Below, in pieces: positions 1 through 8,821 of a stretch of 40,657 bases of DNA (positions within the stretch are counted from its first letter, which is position 1; each line of letters starts with the position of its first letter). Both the position numbers and the translations under genes were made by a program. This stretch comes from an uncultured bacterium (lineage in GTDB: Bacteria; Actinomycetota; Actinomycetes; Nanopelagicales; Nanopelagicaceae). Under the pieces are notes generated by a model. It had not been told where the DNA came from and made no database searches. It was given only the letters and a program-made list of their open reading frames with translations. Where the stretch lies: the NCBI GenBank assembly GCA_963923155.1, contig CAWULI010000001.1, forward strand, positions 1-40,657, written 5' to 3'.

Positions 1-509
1 GCCATAGCTACGTTGTATTTGGCAGGACCTTTAGGCCAACTCATTTTGTTGGCTCTTTCATTTACAAGCGAATCGAATCCGGTGGAAGCGATCGCGCCAA
101 AATATTCACCATCGATTGTTCCTAGATCTACGACATCAGGTTCTTTGTTTAAGGCGGCCCAAAGTGGCTCCAGAGGTTTGTCAGGTTGCCAACCAAGAGT
201 TCTGACGAAATCATTTCCAGTTCCTGCTGGTATGCAAACCATTGGCAAATCGCGCTGTGCAGCTACTTGTAAAGACATATGCATCAGGCCATCGCCACCA
301 ACTGCGATGAGCCCGGTAGCCACATTTGCTTCGGCGCGTAGATTTTCTTGGAGCGCAATGGCATTCGCACCCGTTACGAGACGGTACCGAATACCTCGAT
401 CATTTAAATAATTCGATATCAGTTGCGTGGTAACAGCACCACTGCCCCTACCCGAAGTGGGATTAGCTGCTAAGAGCCACATCAGTAGCTCGACTCTTCC
501 TTCGATCAT
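1..509 (-). CDS. Diacylglycerol/lipid kinase family protein (YegS/BmrU-like). It is 3'-truncated by the window edge.
   Basis: My own reverse-strand translation reads MIEGRVELLMWLLAANPTSGRGSGA...LIAVGGDGLMH...IPAGTGNDFVRTLGW. The NPxSGxG, GGDG and PAGTGND motifs are typical of the DAGK catalytic domain. An alternative ATG lies at 482. The ORF is absent from the supplied track because it runs off the window. Confidence 0.75.
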   Translation of the reverse strand, partial: MIEGRVELLMWLLAANPTSGRGSGAVTTQLISNYLNDRGIRYRLVTGANAIALQENLRAEANVATGLIAVGGDGLMHMSLQVAAQRDLPMVCIPAGTGNDFVRTLGWQPDKPLEPLWAALNKEPDVVDLGTIDGEYFGAIASTGFDSLVNERANKMSWPKGPAKYNVAM

Positions 510-1242
510 TTAATACTGCGATTCCACCCGCTGCGAAGTAGAAGAGAATCAAAGGAATTGCAAGTAAGAACATAGTTAATGGATCAGCAGAAGGTGTGAA
601 AACCGCGATGAAGAAGGTGATCCCAAAAACCCATCCTCGCCAATGTTTCAGAATGGTCTTACCTGTCACAGCACCAACGAGATTTAAGGTTACTAGAAAC
701 ACTGGTAATTCAAAGGCCAAACCGAAAAGAAGTATTACGCGAAGTACAAAATCAAGATAGTCCGCAAAATTAATCAGATTTGTTAATTGAGTAGGTGTAA
801 AACCAAACAGGACTCTAATGGCAACCGGTAGAACTCGATAACCCATATAGACACCAAGTGCGAAGAACGGGGTTGCTGCCAATAGAAAATAGAAAGCGCG
901 TCTCTTCTCATGCTTATGTAAACCTGGAGCAACAAAGGCCCAAAGTTGGTAAATCCAAAGTGGCGCGGTCACAATTAAGCTTGCAATTAAAGATACCTTT
1001 ATCTGTAAGTTGATCGGTCCTAAAACACCATTGATATACAAGGCTCCGCAATTAGATGAGCCTTGCGCTTGAGCTAACTTCAGATCACATACGGGTTTTG
1101 CTAAATGCGCAATAATTTCATTGTAAAAAAACCAAGCTCCAACAAATCCGATAGTGATAACTATTGCGGCTCGAAAAACTCGGTCTCGAAACTCAGCTAG
1201 ATGTTGAAGCAGCGGCATCTCGCCGCCTAATTGTCTAGCCAC
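463..1242 (-). CDS. tatC: Twin-arginine translocase subunit TatC
   Basis: A 259 aa polytopic membrane protein. It has a TatC-like N-terminus (LLQHLAEFRDRVFRAAI) and lies directly downstream of tatA. Confidence 0.9.
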   Translation of the reverse strand: MARQLGGEMPLLQHLAEFRDRVFRAAIVITIGFVGAWFFYNEIIAHLAKPVCDLKLAQAQGSSNCGALYINGVLGPINLQIKVSLIASLIVTAPLWIYQLWAFVAPGLHKHEKRRAFYFLLAATPFFALGVYMGYRVLPVAIRVLFGFTPTQLTNLINFADYLDFVLRVILLFGLAFELPVFLVTLNLVGAVTGKTILKHWRGWVFGITFFIAVFTPSADPLTMFLLAIPLILFYFAAGGIAVLNDRRKSRATDVALSS

Positions 1243-1245
1243 GGG

Positions 1246-1428
1246 TTATTTGTCTGTGTCGTCCTGTTTTTCTATCTGCTTTGGCTCTTCTTTACTCTTC
1301 ATTTCATCCTTGAAGATGCGAAGAGATTTTGCAACTGATTTAGCAGAATCAGGAAGACGCTTCGCTCCGAAGAGAATAACCAAAACTAGAACTAGTAAAA
1401 GGATATGTGAGGGCTCGCGTAAGAACAT
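1246..1428 (-). CDS. tatA: Twin-arginine translocase subunit TatA/E
   Basis: A 60 aa protein with a single TM helix, then FGAKRLP and an amphipathic, charged tail. It ends 3 nt upstream of tatC. Confidence 0.85.
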   Translation of the reverse strand: MFLREPSHILLLVLVLVILFGAKRLPDSAKSVAKSLRIFKDEMKSKEEPKQIEKQDDTDK

Positions 1429-1437
1429 GGGTATAGA

Positions 1438-2271
1438 TTACCCGAGATATAGATTTTCGCTAGCCATCGCCCGTTTACGTACCTGGCTACGGTATGGCTC
1501 GGTTAGAACTTCCACATCAGAGCCAAGGCTCATAACCTGAGAAATGAACCACTCTTCAGAGAAGAATTGAACGCTTTCTACCCCACCGAGGATCTCGCGC
1601 ACCAAGCGTTGATTACGATGAACTTTTAGGATCGCCGAGAATTCCTTCTTTGAAGATGGAATTGAATTCGGAGGTAATTCACTTATGTTCAAAAGTTCCG
1701 CATCTTTGATCTTGGAAAGCTTGAAAGTACGCCAATTCATAGCGCTTTTGCAATAAGCGCGGAGGTAAATTTCTGAATTTTCAGAATAAAGTTCATGAGC
1801 GATGATTTCTCTTGAAGAATTGTTGTAGGTAACTCTGACCAACGAACTTTTTTGAATCGCCTCTTGAAATAATGTTATGTACCGATCGGTGGCGCTCGGA
1901 AAATAAGCTACATTGGTTTTCAATAAATTTGCCAGTTTGAGTCGTAAATCTGCCAACTGTTGATTAGTTCCCGAATCTAAGAGCTCAAGACCCATAATTA
2001 GAACTGCGATCTCGGCTTGCGTAAGGGTCCGAGGATTCTGTAGCTGCTCCGCATTTCGAATATATACGAAACCCTCTTCAAAGATCACATCAATATCTTC
2101 CAATGGTGTGTGTCCGGGTAAACCGCAATCAAGCAACATATCAAGGTCTTGATAGATCTCCTTCTCAGGAGCATTGAACTTCTCTGCCAGTTCACGTATT
2201 GAGATTCCCTGATGAGTGAAAATGAACGGAATGAGATCGAGAATTCTCATTAATCTTGGATTTTCAGTCAT
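1438..2271 (-). CDS. pafC: HTH/WYL-domain transcriptional regulator, PafC-like
   Basis: A 277 aa protein with an N-terminal wHTH-like region and a WYL-type segment (NWRTFKLSKIKDAELL). It is the second gene of a pafB-pafC-tatA-tatC order, as in other actinobacteria, and overlaps pafB by 8 nt. Confidence 0.7.
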   Translation of the reverse strand: MTENPRLMRILDLIPFIFTHQGISIRELAEKFNAPEKEIYQDLDMLLDCGLPGHTPLEDIDVIFEEGFVYIRNAEQLQNPRTLTQAEIAVLIMGLELLDSGTNQQLADLRLKLANLLKTNVAYFPSATDRYITLFQEAIQKSSLVRVTYNNSSREIIAHELYSENSEIYLRAYCKSAMNWRTFKLSKIKDAELLNISELPPNSIPSSKKEFSAILKVHRNQRLVREILGGVESVQFFSEEWFISQVMSLGSDVEVLTEPYRSQVRKRAMASENLYLG

Positions 2272-3187
2272 GTGTAGCCACGATTCGCTTCAAGGATTCA
2301 CGAACTCGTATGACCACTTCTCGTGGTCCAATAACTTTTACGTCGGGAGAGAATCTGAGAATTTCACTGATGGCAACGTTTTCGGAAGTGAATTCTCTTG
2401 AGCATAAGAGCCAATCCCCACGATCTTCCTCTACCTTAGATGATGCCAATAGTTCCGAGGCTGCGTCTCTGCGCAGTTCGAAATCGACCTTAATTGGCGG
2501 GAAATGCTCGCGTGGCAATTCGATTTTTTCCAATTCGAAACTCTGTCGGGTGCTTCTAATAGGACCATCAATGCGATCGATTCGGTAACTTCGTAATTCA
2601 TCTTTGCGAAGGTCGCGTCCGTAGAGATACCAGCGACGGTGTTGAGAATAAACTCCAAGCGGCTTTATCTGTTTATGATCAACCTGATCATCGATATTTA
2701 CATAATCGAATTCGATGACCTTTCGGTTATTCAATAACTCAAGTACCTCCGTTAGATTAGCGGGCACAACAGAGACTAAATTTTGAATCGGTAATTCGGA
2801 GAGATCTGATGCTATTCCTAATGATTCCAACCTAACTGTTGTACTTCTAGTTAAATGGGCTAGAGCGCTTTCTTGCCAAGCTTTCGCTGCTAGTGCCATT
2901 AAAGTCAATTCTTCTGTACTAAAATCTTTAATATTGAATCTATATCGATCTGGAAGAATTCGATAACCTATAACATCCTCAAAGAAAACATCTACATTCT
3001 TCATTTCAATTTCAATACCAAGAGCGCGAAGTTGTTCCTTATCGCGTTCGAACATCCGATCTTTTGCTTCGGCGTTACCTTCGTATCCGTTTACAGATTT
3101 ATAGATCTCTTCCTTGGTTAAAAAACGTTTATTTGAAAGGAGAAGAATTAAGAGATTTACGAGGCGCTCATTCTTCTCCGATGCCAT
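2264..3187 (-). CDS. pafB: HTH/WYL-domain transcriptional regulator, PafB-like
   Basis: A 307 aa protein with an N-terminal wHTH (ERLVNLLILLLSNKRFLTKEEI) and a WYL-type motif (LRSYRIDRIDGPI). It is paired with a paralogous downstream gene. Confidence 0.7.
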   Translation of the reverse strand: MASEKNERLVNLLILLLSNKRFLTKEEIYKSVNGYEGNAEAKDRMFERDKEQLRALGIEIEMKNVDVFFEDVIGYRILPDRYRFNIKDFSTEELTLMALAAKAWQESALAHLTRSTTVRLESLGIASDLSELPIQNLVSVVPANLTEVLELLNNRKVIEFDYVNIDDQVDHKQIKPLGVYSQHRRWYLYGRDLRKDELRSYRIDRIDGPIRSTRQSFELEKIELPREHFPPIKVDFELRRDAASELLASSKVEEDRGDWLLCSREFTSENVAISEILRFSPDVKVIGPREVVIRVRESLKRIVATHD

Positions 3188-4055
3188 ATGCGCCTTTCGA
3201 AGGTCTGCGTCGTCGTTGCAGGATCTCGGAGCCTGGAGCCATTCGTCGTGCGTAGATCAAGAATCCGGTATGGCCGATGATTCGATGTTCTGGCCGTACC
3301 GCTAAACCGTCGTGATGCCAAGGTCTAATGATTGACTCAAAACTCTCCGGTTCCGTGAAGCGACCATCACTCTTTAAACCCTCGGCAACATTTGAAAGTT
3401 GGGTAGTCGTTGCAACATAGGCCATATAAACACCGCCAGGCACTAGAACTTTGGCAGCTTGATCAATGCACTCCCAAGGCGTCAACATATCCAAGATGAC
3501 TCGATCATATTCAGCATGTAATTCATCAGTAGATACCTCTTCTAAAGCACCTATTGTCAATTTCCAATTTGCGGGTAATCCTTTGAAATAATGTTCGATA
3601 TTTGATTTTGCATTGCTAGCGAACTCTTCTCGTTTCTCAACGGAATGAACCAAGCCAGATGGGCCAACCGCTCGCAATAAAGAGAGAGTAAGCGCGCCAC
3701 TGCCGACACCCGCTTCAAGCACCCTTGCTCCTGGAAAGATGTCGGCAAATCCAACAATTAGTGCAGCATCTTTTGGATAAACAATAGTTGCGCTTCGTGG
3801 CATCGAAAGTACGTAATCAGTTAATAAAGGTTTAAAGGCAAGATATTTCTGAATTACACCGGTAGTGCTATTAATACTTAAAACGCTACCCTCTGGAAGA
3901 CCGATGATCTCATCATGTTTTATGAAACCTTGGTGAGTGTGAAACTCTTTGCCACGAATCAAATTAAACGAATAGTGGCGTCCTTTATTATCGGTCAATT
4001 GGACTCGATCGCCCTCGTGGAAATGCCCTTTAGGGTTATCGGTTCCCTTTATCAC
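3168..4055 (-). CDS. trmI: tRNA (adenine58-N1)-methyltransferase TrmI
   Basis: A 295 aa protein with an N-terminal beta domain (GDRVQLTDNKGRHYSFNL) and a SAM-binding motif (VLEAGVGSGALTLSLL). It resembles the GCD14/TrmI family (the Mtb Rv2118c type). Confidence 0.85.
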   Translation of the reverse strand: MIKGTDNPKGHFHEGDRVQLTDNKGRHYSFNLIRGKEFHTHQGFIKHDEIIGLPEGSVLSINSTTGVIQKYLAFKPLLTDYVLSMPRSATIVYPKDAALIVGFADIFPGARVLEAGVGSGALTLSLLRAVGPSGLVHSVEKREEFASNAKSNIEHYFKGLPANWKLTIGALEEVSTDELHAEYDRVILDMLTPWECIDQAAKVLVPGGVYMAYVATTTQLSNVAEGLKSDGRFTEPESFESIIRPWHHDGLAVRPEHRIIGHTGFLIYARRMAPGSEILQRRRRPSKGAYGIGEE

Positions 4056-4124
4056 TCGACCATTCTATTAACTCATCATAAATTGAAGAAAATTGACATG
4101 AGACTATGTAGATTAGGTGCCGTC

Positions 4125-4880
4125 ATGGAAGAAGTTCGCCTATCGCCTAGTCGCATCAACGATTACCAGCAATGTCCAAAACTATATAACTATCGGGTCA
4201 TCCAAAAATTACCCGAACCAATTAATTTGGATGCCGAACGCGGAACTTTGGTCCATTCGCTCCTAGAAGAGCTCATGGCACAACCATCCCAGGATAGAAC
4301 CTTCGATTTTGCATTATCTAGAATTAACGCCCATTGGCAGACGCAACAAGAAGGCAAGCCAGGTTTATCCGATCTCGTGCCAGATCAGAAGGAATGGTTG
4401 GATCGGGTCACTGCACTTCTGCAGAATTATTTTCAATTGGAAAATCCCCAAAGCTTTCAGCCAACACACATTGAAGAGCACCTAGAGTTACCCGCCAACA
4501 ATTCATTATTACTTCATGGATATGTGGATCGAATTGATGTGGCTCCGACTGGTGAAGTACGAATAATCGATTACAAAACTGGCAAGGCTCCCAAACCTGG
4601 TTACGAAGATAAGGCGCTCTTCCAGCTGCGGTTCTACGGTCTGCTCTGGTTTCGAATTAAGAATGTTATACCTAAGTTGTTGCAATTACTGTACTTGGGT
4701 GATGGACAAACGATTCGAAGTTATCCAACTGAATCCGATCTCCTCATTGCCGAACGCAAGGCTTTAAAGGTTGGTGAGGAGATCTTAATATCCTATGAGA
4801 AAGATTATTGGCCGACCCAGAAATCTAGGCTTTGCGATTGGTGTAGTTTCAAGAAAATTTGCCCAGTCTTTAACGGCTAA
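4125..4880 (+). CDS. RecB-family PD-(D/E)XK exonuclease, Cas4-like, with an Fe-S cysteine set
   Basis: The protein starts MEEVRLSPSRINDYQQCPKLYNYR and carries C-terminal CDWCSFKKIC cysteines. The ATG at 4125 has an AGGTG Shine-Dalgarno 7 nt upstream. The track ORF start (3915) would overlap trmI by 141 nt, and an ATG at 4098 is another possible start. Confidence 0.75.
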   Translation: MEEVRLSPSRINDYQQCPKLYNYRVIQKLPEPINLDAERGTLVHSLLEELMAQPSQDRTFDFALSRINAHWQTQQEGKPGLSDLVPDQKEWLDRVTALLQNYFQLENPQSFQPTHIEEHLELPANNSLLLHGYVDRIDVAPTGEVRIIDYKTGKAPKPGYEDKALFQLRFYGLLWFRIKNVIPKLLQLLYLGDGQTIRSYPTESDLLIAERKALKVGEEILISYEKDYWPTQKSRLCDWCSFKKICPVFNG

Positions 4881-5543
4881 TCACCAATTAAAGTAGAACT
4901 CCCGCAAAGTATCAATATCAAGCTCTTCTAAAGATTTAATTACCTTTGTTTGAAAATCAACATCAATCTTTACTATGTGCGGTACCGCAATTACTTTAGC
5001 GCCACTTGCGCGCGCAGCATTAACTCCGGTTACTGAATCTTCAAATATCAGAGATTGCTTAATATCAACGTTTAATTCTTTGGCAGCTTTTAAATAGCCT
5101 TCAGGATCCGGTTTAGTTCTCTTGACATCATCGGAAGAGATTGTGGTTTTGAAAGGTAGTGGTTGAATATGAGCAAGGGCCGCATCAACAATAACTCTTG
5201 GACTTGCCGAAACCAGAGCCATTGGTATCCCGCATAAGTGCAGAGCGTTGATTAAAGATTTTGCACCTGGCATAAAAACTGCTTTCTTGCGGACTTTCCC
5301 AGCCATTACATCAATTAATTCACGGTGAAAGTAATCGCCGCTTTCGGCACCATCAACCAGATCAGACATATATTGGCCAACCCGCGATAAAGGGCCACCA
5401 AGGCAATGAGCCTGATCTTCAAGAGTCCATTCATAACCGAACCTGGCAGTTAACTCCCGTTCAACCTCGAGCCACTGCGGTTCGGAATCAATAGTCAATC
5501 CGTCCATATCAAATAACACCGCTTGGAAGAATTGGCTCGTCAT
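4881..5543 (-). CDS. HAD-IA family hydrolase/phosphatase
   Basis: HAD motif I is present as FDMDGLTIDS, motif IV lies around FEDSVTG, and there is a cap domain. Substrate is unknown. Confidence 0.8.
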   Translation of the reverse strand: MTSQFFQAVLFDMDGLTIDSEPQWLEVERELTARFGYEWTLEDQAHCLGGPLSRVGQYMSDLVDGAESGDYFHRELIDVMAGKVRKKAVFMPGAKSLINALHLCGIPMALVSASPRVIVDAALAHIQPLPFKTTISSDDVKRTKPDPEGYLKAAKELNVDIKQSLIFEDSVTGVNAARASGAKVIAVPHIVKIDVDFQTKVIKSLEELDIDTLREFYFNW

Positions 5544-5571
5544 TAGTCGAAGGTTACCGTAATGTGTTCTC

Positions 5572-6423
5572 GTGCAGATTCATCAAATACCGCAACTGCG
5601 AAACCCAGTTGCGATCCTCGCCTTCAACGGTTGGAACGACGCCGGTGAAGCTGCTACCGGGGTTATCTCACATTTAATGAATTGTTGGGGAAACCAAGAG
5701 AATTTAATCGCGGAAAGTAGCAGCGAGGATTATTACGATTATCAACAAATTCGACCAATGGTTTTCGTTGATAATTCGCGTATTCGAAGATTGACTTGGC
5801 CAACTACAAAAGTTTTTGCAGTTCTTGCGCCACATTTGGAATTTGATCTGGTGGTCGTTCGTGGACCAGAACCATCATTTAGATGGCCAACTTTCTGCAA
5901 TGAACTCCTGGATCTCTTTGATGACTTAGAGGTTGACTTGGTTCTGACCTTGGGAGCGCTACTTGCAGATGCGCCCCATACTCGGCGCATCGCAGTAAGT
6001 GGTTCGAGCGCAAATCCAGATTTGGCAAAACGATTTGGTTTCGAAGTCAGCCGATACGAAGGACCCACCGGAATCTTAGGCGCGATTCAAGATACTTGTC
6101 AGAAACGACAAATAGATGCCTTCTCGCTCTGGGCGGCATTACCACATTACGCATCAGGTACTCCTTCACCGAAAGCAACTCTTGCTCTGGTTGAAGAGAT
6201 GGAAACAGTTCTGGAAATTTCTATCCCTTACTCTGATTTACCAGAAGCTGCTAAGGCTTGGGAGATTGCGGTTTCTCAATTAGCGGAAGAAGATGCAGAA
6301 ATTAGCGAATATGTAAAACAACTTGAAGCCGATAAAGATGGCTCTGATTTCGAGGATACGTCAGGTGATGAAATTGCGAAAGAGTTTGAGCGCTACCTAA
6401 GACGACAGGACGATACCAAGTAA
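5572..6423 (+). CDS. PAC2 (proteasome assembly chaperone 2-like) family protein
   Basis: A 283 aa protein starting at GTG. The N-terminus (LRNPVAILAFNGWNDAGEAA) and acidic C-terminal tail are typical of actinobacterial PAC2 proteins (the Mtb Rv2125 type). Confidence 0.7.
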   Translation: MQIHQIPQLRNPVAILAFNGWNDAGEAATGVISHLMNCWGNQENLIAESSSEDYYDYQQIRPMVFVDNSRIRRLTWPTTKVFAVLAPHLEFDLVVVRGPEPSFRWPTFCNELLDLFDDLEVDLVLTLGALLADAPHTRRIAVSGSSANPDLAKRFGFEVSRYEGPTGILGAIQDTCQKRQIDAFSLWAALPHYASGTPSPKATLALVEEMETVLEISIPYSDLPEAAKAWEIAVSQLAEEDAEISEYVKQLEADKDGSDFEDTSGDEIAKEFERYLRRQDDTK

Positions 6424-7623
6424 AGAGTCAAGCGCGATGCGTAACTCATTGACATCGCCCCCATTTCCTTCGCTTTGAACCCATTCGTTTATTGAGGCTA
6501 TAGCGCGAGGTGAATCTAGATCATCTGCCAATGACTCATAAATCTCCTTGACCAATCTCTCTGTTCTTGGCACATTGGTTCTTTGCAAGGAGAGGCTAAG
6601 AGCTTCCAATTCTTTCTTTGCGATATTTAACTCGGTACGAAGCCACATGTAATCATCGCGATAATGTCGTTTCAAAAGTGCCCATCGAATGGCCATCGGA
6701 TCCACACCCTCTAGGATCAACTTTGAAACGAAGAGTAGATTGCCTTTAGATTTACTCATCTTTTCGCCATCTAAGCCGATCAATCCAGCGTGAACATACG
6801 CTGAAGCAAATTCTTTACCAGTTAAAACGCGAACTTGCGAGGCAGACATTTCGTGATGAGGGAAGATTAAATCGCTGCCGCCACCTTGAATATCGATGAT
6901 GGTAGTCCCCGAATGATCTGCGAATTTCAATGCAATTGCAGCACATTCAATATGCCAACCAGGCCTACCTGCGCCAAACTCGGATGGCCAGCTAGGTTCT
7001 CCCGCGCGCTCTGCTAACCAAAGTAACGCATCGAGCGGATCATGTTTACCTGAACGATTTGGGTCTCCACCTCGTTCAGCGAATATTGAAAGCATTTCAA
7101 AGGTTTCAAGATGCGATTCTGATCCAAATTGTGGATCTTTGTGAACTTCAAAATATTGATCACCATCAACCTTATAGACCGCGCCAAATTCTGAGAGTTT
7201 TTTGATTGCATTTATAACGTCAGGAATGGCATCGACCGCACCTTCATAATGTTCCGGAGGTAAGATACGAAGCGCCTGCATATCGCTTCGAAATAGGTCG
7301 ATTTGAGAATGCGCCAGTTCTTTCCAATCCACGCCATCTCGAGCAGAACGTTCTAAAAGCGGATCATCTATATCAGTGATGTTCTGGATGTAAATAACCT
7401 TCGATCCAGAAGATCTCCAGAATCGATTGATCAGATCGAAGGTTAAATAAGTTGCTGCGTGCCCTAAATGAGTTGCGTCGTAGGGAGTGATCCCACATAC
7501 ATACATTTGGTAATGATCTTTGATCGGCATAGGAACAAAATCCCGAGCCTTTGTTGAATAGATGCGAAGAGGCAGAGGTTGTAGCCCAATCTTCGAAACA
7601 GGAATTGACGACCAGCTACGCAT
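6397..7623 (-). CDS. mshC: L-cysteine:1D-myo-inositol 2-amino-2-deoxy-alpha-D-glucopyranoside ligase (mycothiol ligase)
   Basis: Class I aaRS-like HIGH and KMSKS motifs are present (TPYDATHLGHAATY, GEKMSKSKGN). The length is about 408 aa, with no CysRS anticodon-binding extension. The N-terminus (MRSWSS...LRIYST) resembles MshC rather than CysS. Confidence 0.85.
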   Translation of the reverse strand: MRSWSSIPVSKIGLQPLPLRIYSTKARDFVPMPIKDHYQMYVCGITPYDATHLGHAATYLTFDLINRFWRSSGSKVIYIQNITDIDDPLLERSARDGVDWKELAHSQIDLFRSDMQALRILPPEHYEGAVDAIPDVINAIKKLSEFGAVYKVDGDQYFEVHKDPQFGSESHLETFEMLSIFAERGGDPNRSGKHDPLDALLWLAERAGEPSWPSEFGAGRPGWHIECAAIALKFADHSGTTIIDIQGGGSDLIFPHHEMSASQVRVLTGKEFASAYVHAGLIGLDGEKMSKSKGNLLFVSKLILEGVDPMAIRWALLKRHYRDDYMWLRTELNIAKKELEALSLSLQRTNVPRTERLVKEIYESLADDLDSPRAIASINEWVQSEGNGGDVNELRIALDSLLGIVLSS

Positions 7624-7635
7624 TGGAAAAACTTA

Positions 7636-8334
7636 TCAAACTGGTGGCCAAGGTATTGCAGGCCAATCGGTTGGCGGCATTGGGAAGGTACCTTCTTGCA
7701 AGAGATTTGCAATTCTAAGATTAAGTGCTTCAATCTCTTTCGAAGTTAGATATTCTGACAAATCACAAGAGAAATTCTGCAGTTTGACTCGCTCCTCTTG
7801 ATTTAACGCTAGCCCTGCAAATTGCCAGATTACCGTTCGGAGTTTGTAATCTTCATGAAATGTTACTCCATGATCACAGCCGAATACCTGATCATCTTTG
7901 TACAGCAAATGTCCTATTTTGCGATCAGTATTGTTGACGACCGCATCTAGTAACGCTATCTTTCTTAAACCTTCACTTCTTTCAATGTAGCGCTCGCCCA
8001 CTTCTTCAATATCGTCTATCCAATACTGAACCGAGCCAAGTCCAAATGGTCCTTCACGAAGTAATGTCACAGGCACGCAATTCAGTTCTAGAGCCTGACT
8101 AACCTTGAACGTTGCTACCTCTCTTGACGCCAAGTTTCCATCTGGAAAATCCCATAAGGGCCTTTCGCCGGCGATTGGTTTATAAATTGCATGACATTGA
8201 TTATCGCCCGAAATTATTCTGCAGAAAATTGAAGCGTTTGAAGCATGAACCAGGCGTCCTATTACTTCAATTTCACCATGTTGAAGAAGGGAGTTATCTA
8301 CGGTAACCATTTGCTCTCGGACATAGGTGACCAT
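7636..8334 (-). CDS. SCO1664-family protein with a PI3/PI4-kinase-like catalytic core
   Basis: A 232 aa protein with kinase-like catalytic and activation motifs (VVNNTDRKIGHLL, GCDHGVTF). The true start may be the internal Met at 8310. Confidence 0.7.
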   Translation of the reverse strand: MVTYVREQMVTVDNSLLQHGEIEVIGRLVHASNASIFCRIISGDNQCHAIYKPIAGERPLWDFPDGNLASREVATFKVSQALELNCVPVTLLREGPFGLGSVQYWIDDIEEVGERYIERSEGLRKIALLDAVVNNTDRKIGHLLYKDDQVFGCDHGVTFHEDYKLRTVIWQFAGLALNQEERVKLQNFSCDLSEYLTSKEIEALNLRIANLLQEGTFPMPPTDWPAIPWPPV

Positions 8335-8812
8335 TGCTATTTATCGGCAAACCGCAAAATGGACAAGGTAATCGACCAGCGGCTACTACCTTCCTTGACT
8401 GTGAGATGAAGTTATTGGCGATATCAGCAGACATAAACAACTTGAAAAGTTGAAGTGTTATCTCACTTCCCTCTTCCGTTTGAGGAAGCTCTTGAAGTTC
8501 GATCAATACCTGTTCGGATTCTTCTAACCAGATAATCGAAATAGTGCCAACTTGAAATTCTGGGATTAAAGGTACTTCAAAATTTACGGGTATAAGATTT
8601 TCGAATCTATATTCCGCAGCCTTCAATTCACCAATTAGCACCGCCATGCGATCCGCTAAGGCACTAACCTGCCCCTTCTCTATTGCAAAACTATGAATAC
8701 CGCCATGAAATTTCGCCTGCAAATAAAATTCACGTTCTCCAGGAGCGCCAATCGTTCCGACGATGAAGCTTTCGATCGGATCTAAAATTCTTTCTAATGG
8801 TTCATTACTCAT
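8294..8812 (-). CDS. DUF3090-family protein
   Basis: A 172 aa protein with GAPGEREFYLQA near the N-terminus and a C-terminal Cys cluster (CPFCGLPINSNGHLCPRANGY). It overlaps the downstream kinase-like ORF. Confidence 0.7.
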   Translation of the reverse strand: MSNEPLERILDPIESFIVGTIGAPGEREFYLQAKFHGGIHSFAIEKGQVSALADRMAVLIGELKAAEYRFENLIPVNFEVPLIPEFQVGTISIIWLEESEQVLIELQELPQTEEGSEITLQLFKLFMSADIANNFISQSRKVVAAGRLPCPFCGLPINSNGHLCPRANGYRR

Positions 8813-8821
8813 AACTGTGGC

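Noticed and set aside
13-411. A 132-aa plus-strand ORF at the window start
   Set aside because: It lies exactly antisense to a reverse-strand frame with clear DAGK-family motifs (GGDG, PAGTGND). Its own sequence is low-complexity (Ser/Pro/Ala/Arg-rich) with no recognisable motifs. I treat it as a shadow ORF.
1250-1540. A 96-aa plus-strand ORF spanning the tatA/pafC junction, plus small ORFs at 2216-2588 and 3064-3305
   Set aside because: They are antisense to tatA, pafC, pafB and trmI. They have no motifs or ribosome-binding sites and a composition typical of reverse-frame artefacts.
3915-4124. An N-terminal extension of the RecB-like nuclease ORF, as given in the track (start 3915)
   Set aside because: The extension would overlap the trmI coding region by 141 nt on the opposite strand, and its translation is hydrophobic and non-conserved-looking. 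The conserved nuclease N-terminus (LSPSRINDYQQCP) begins right after the ATG at 4125, which has an AGGTG Shine-Dalgarno sequence.
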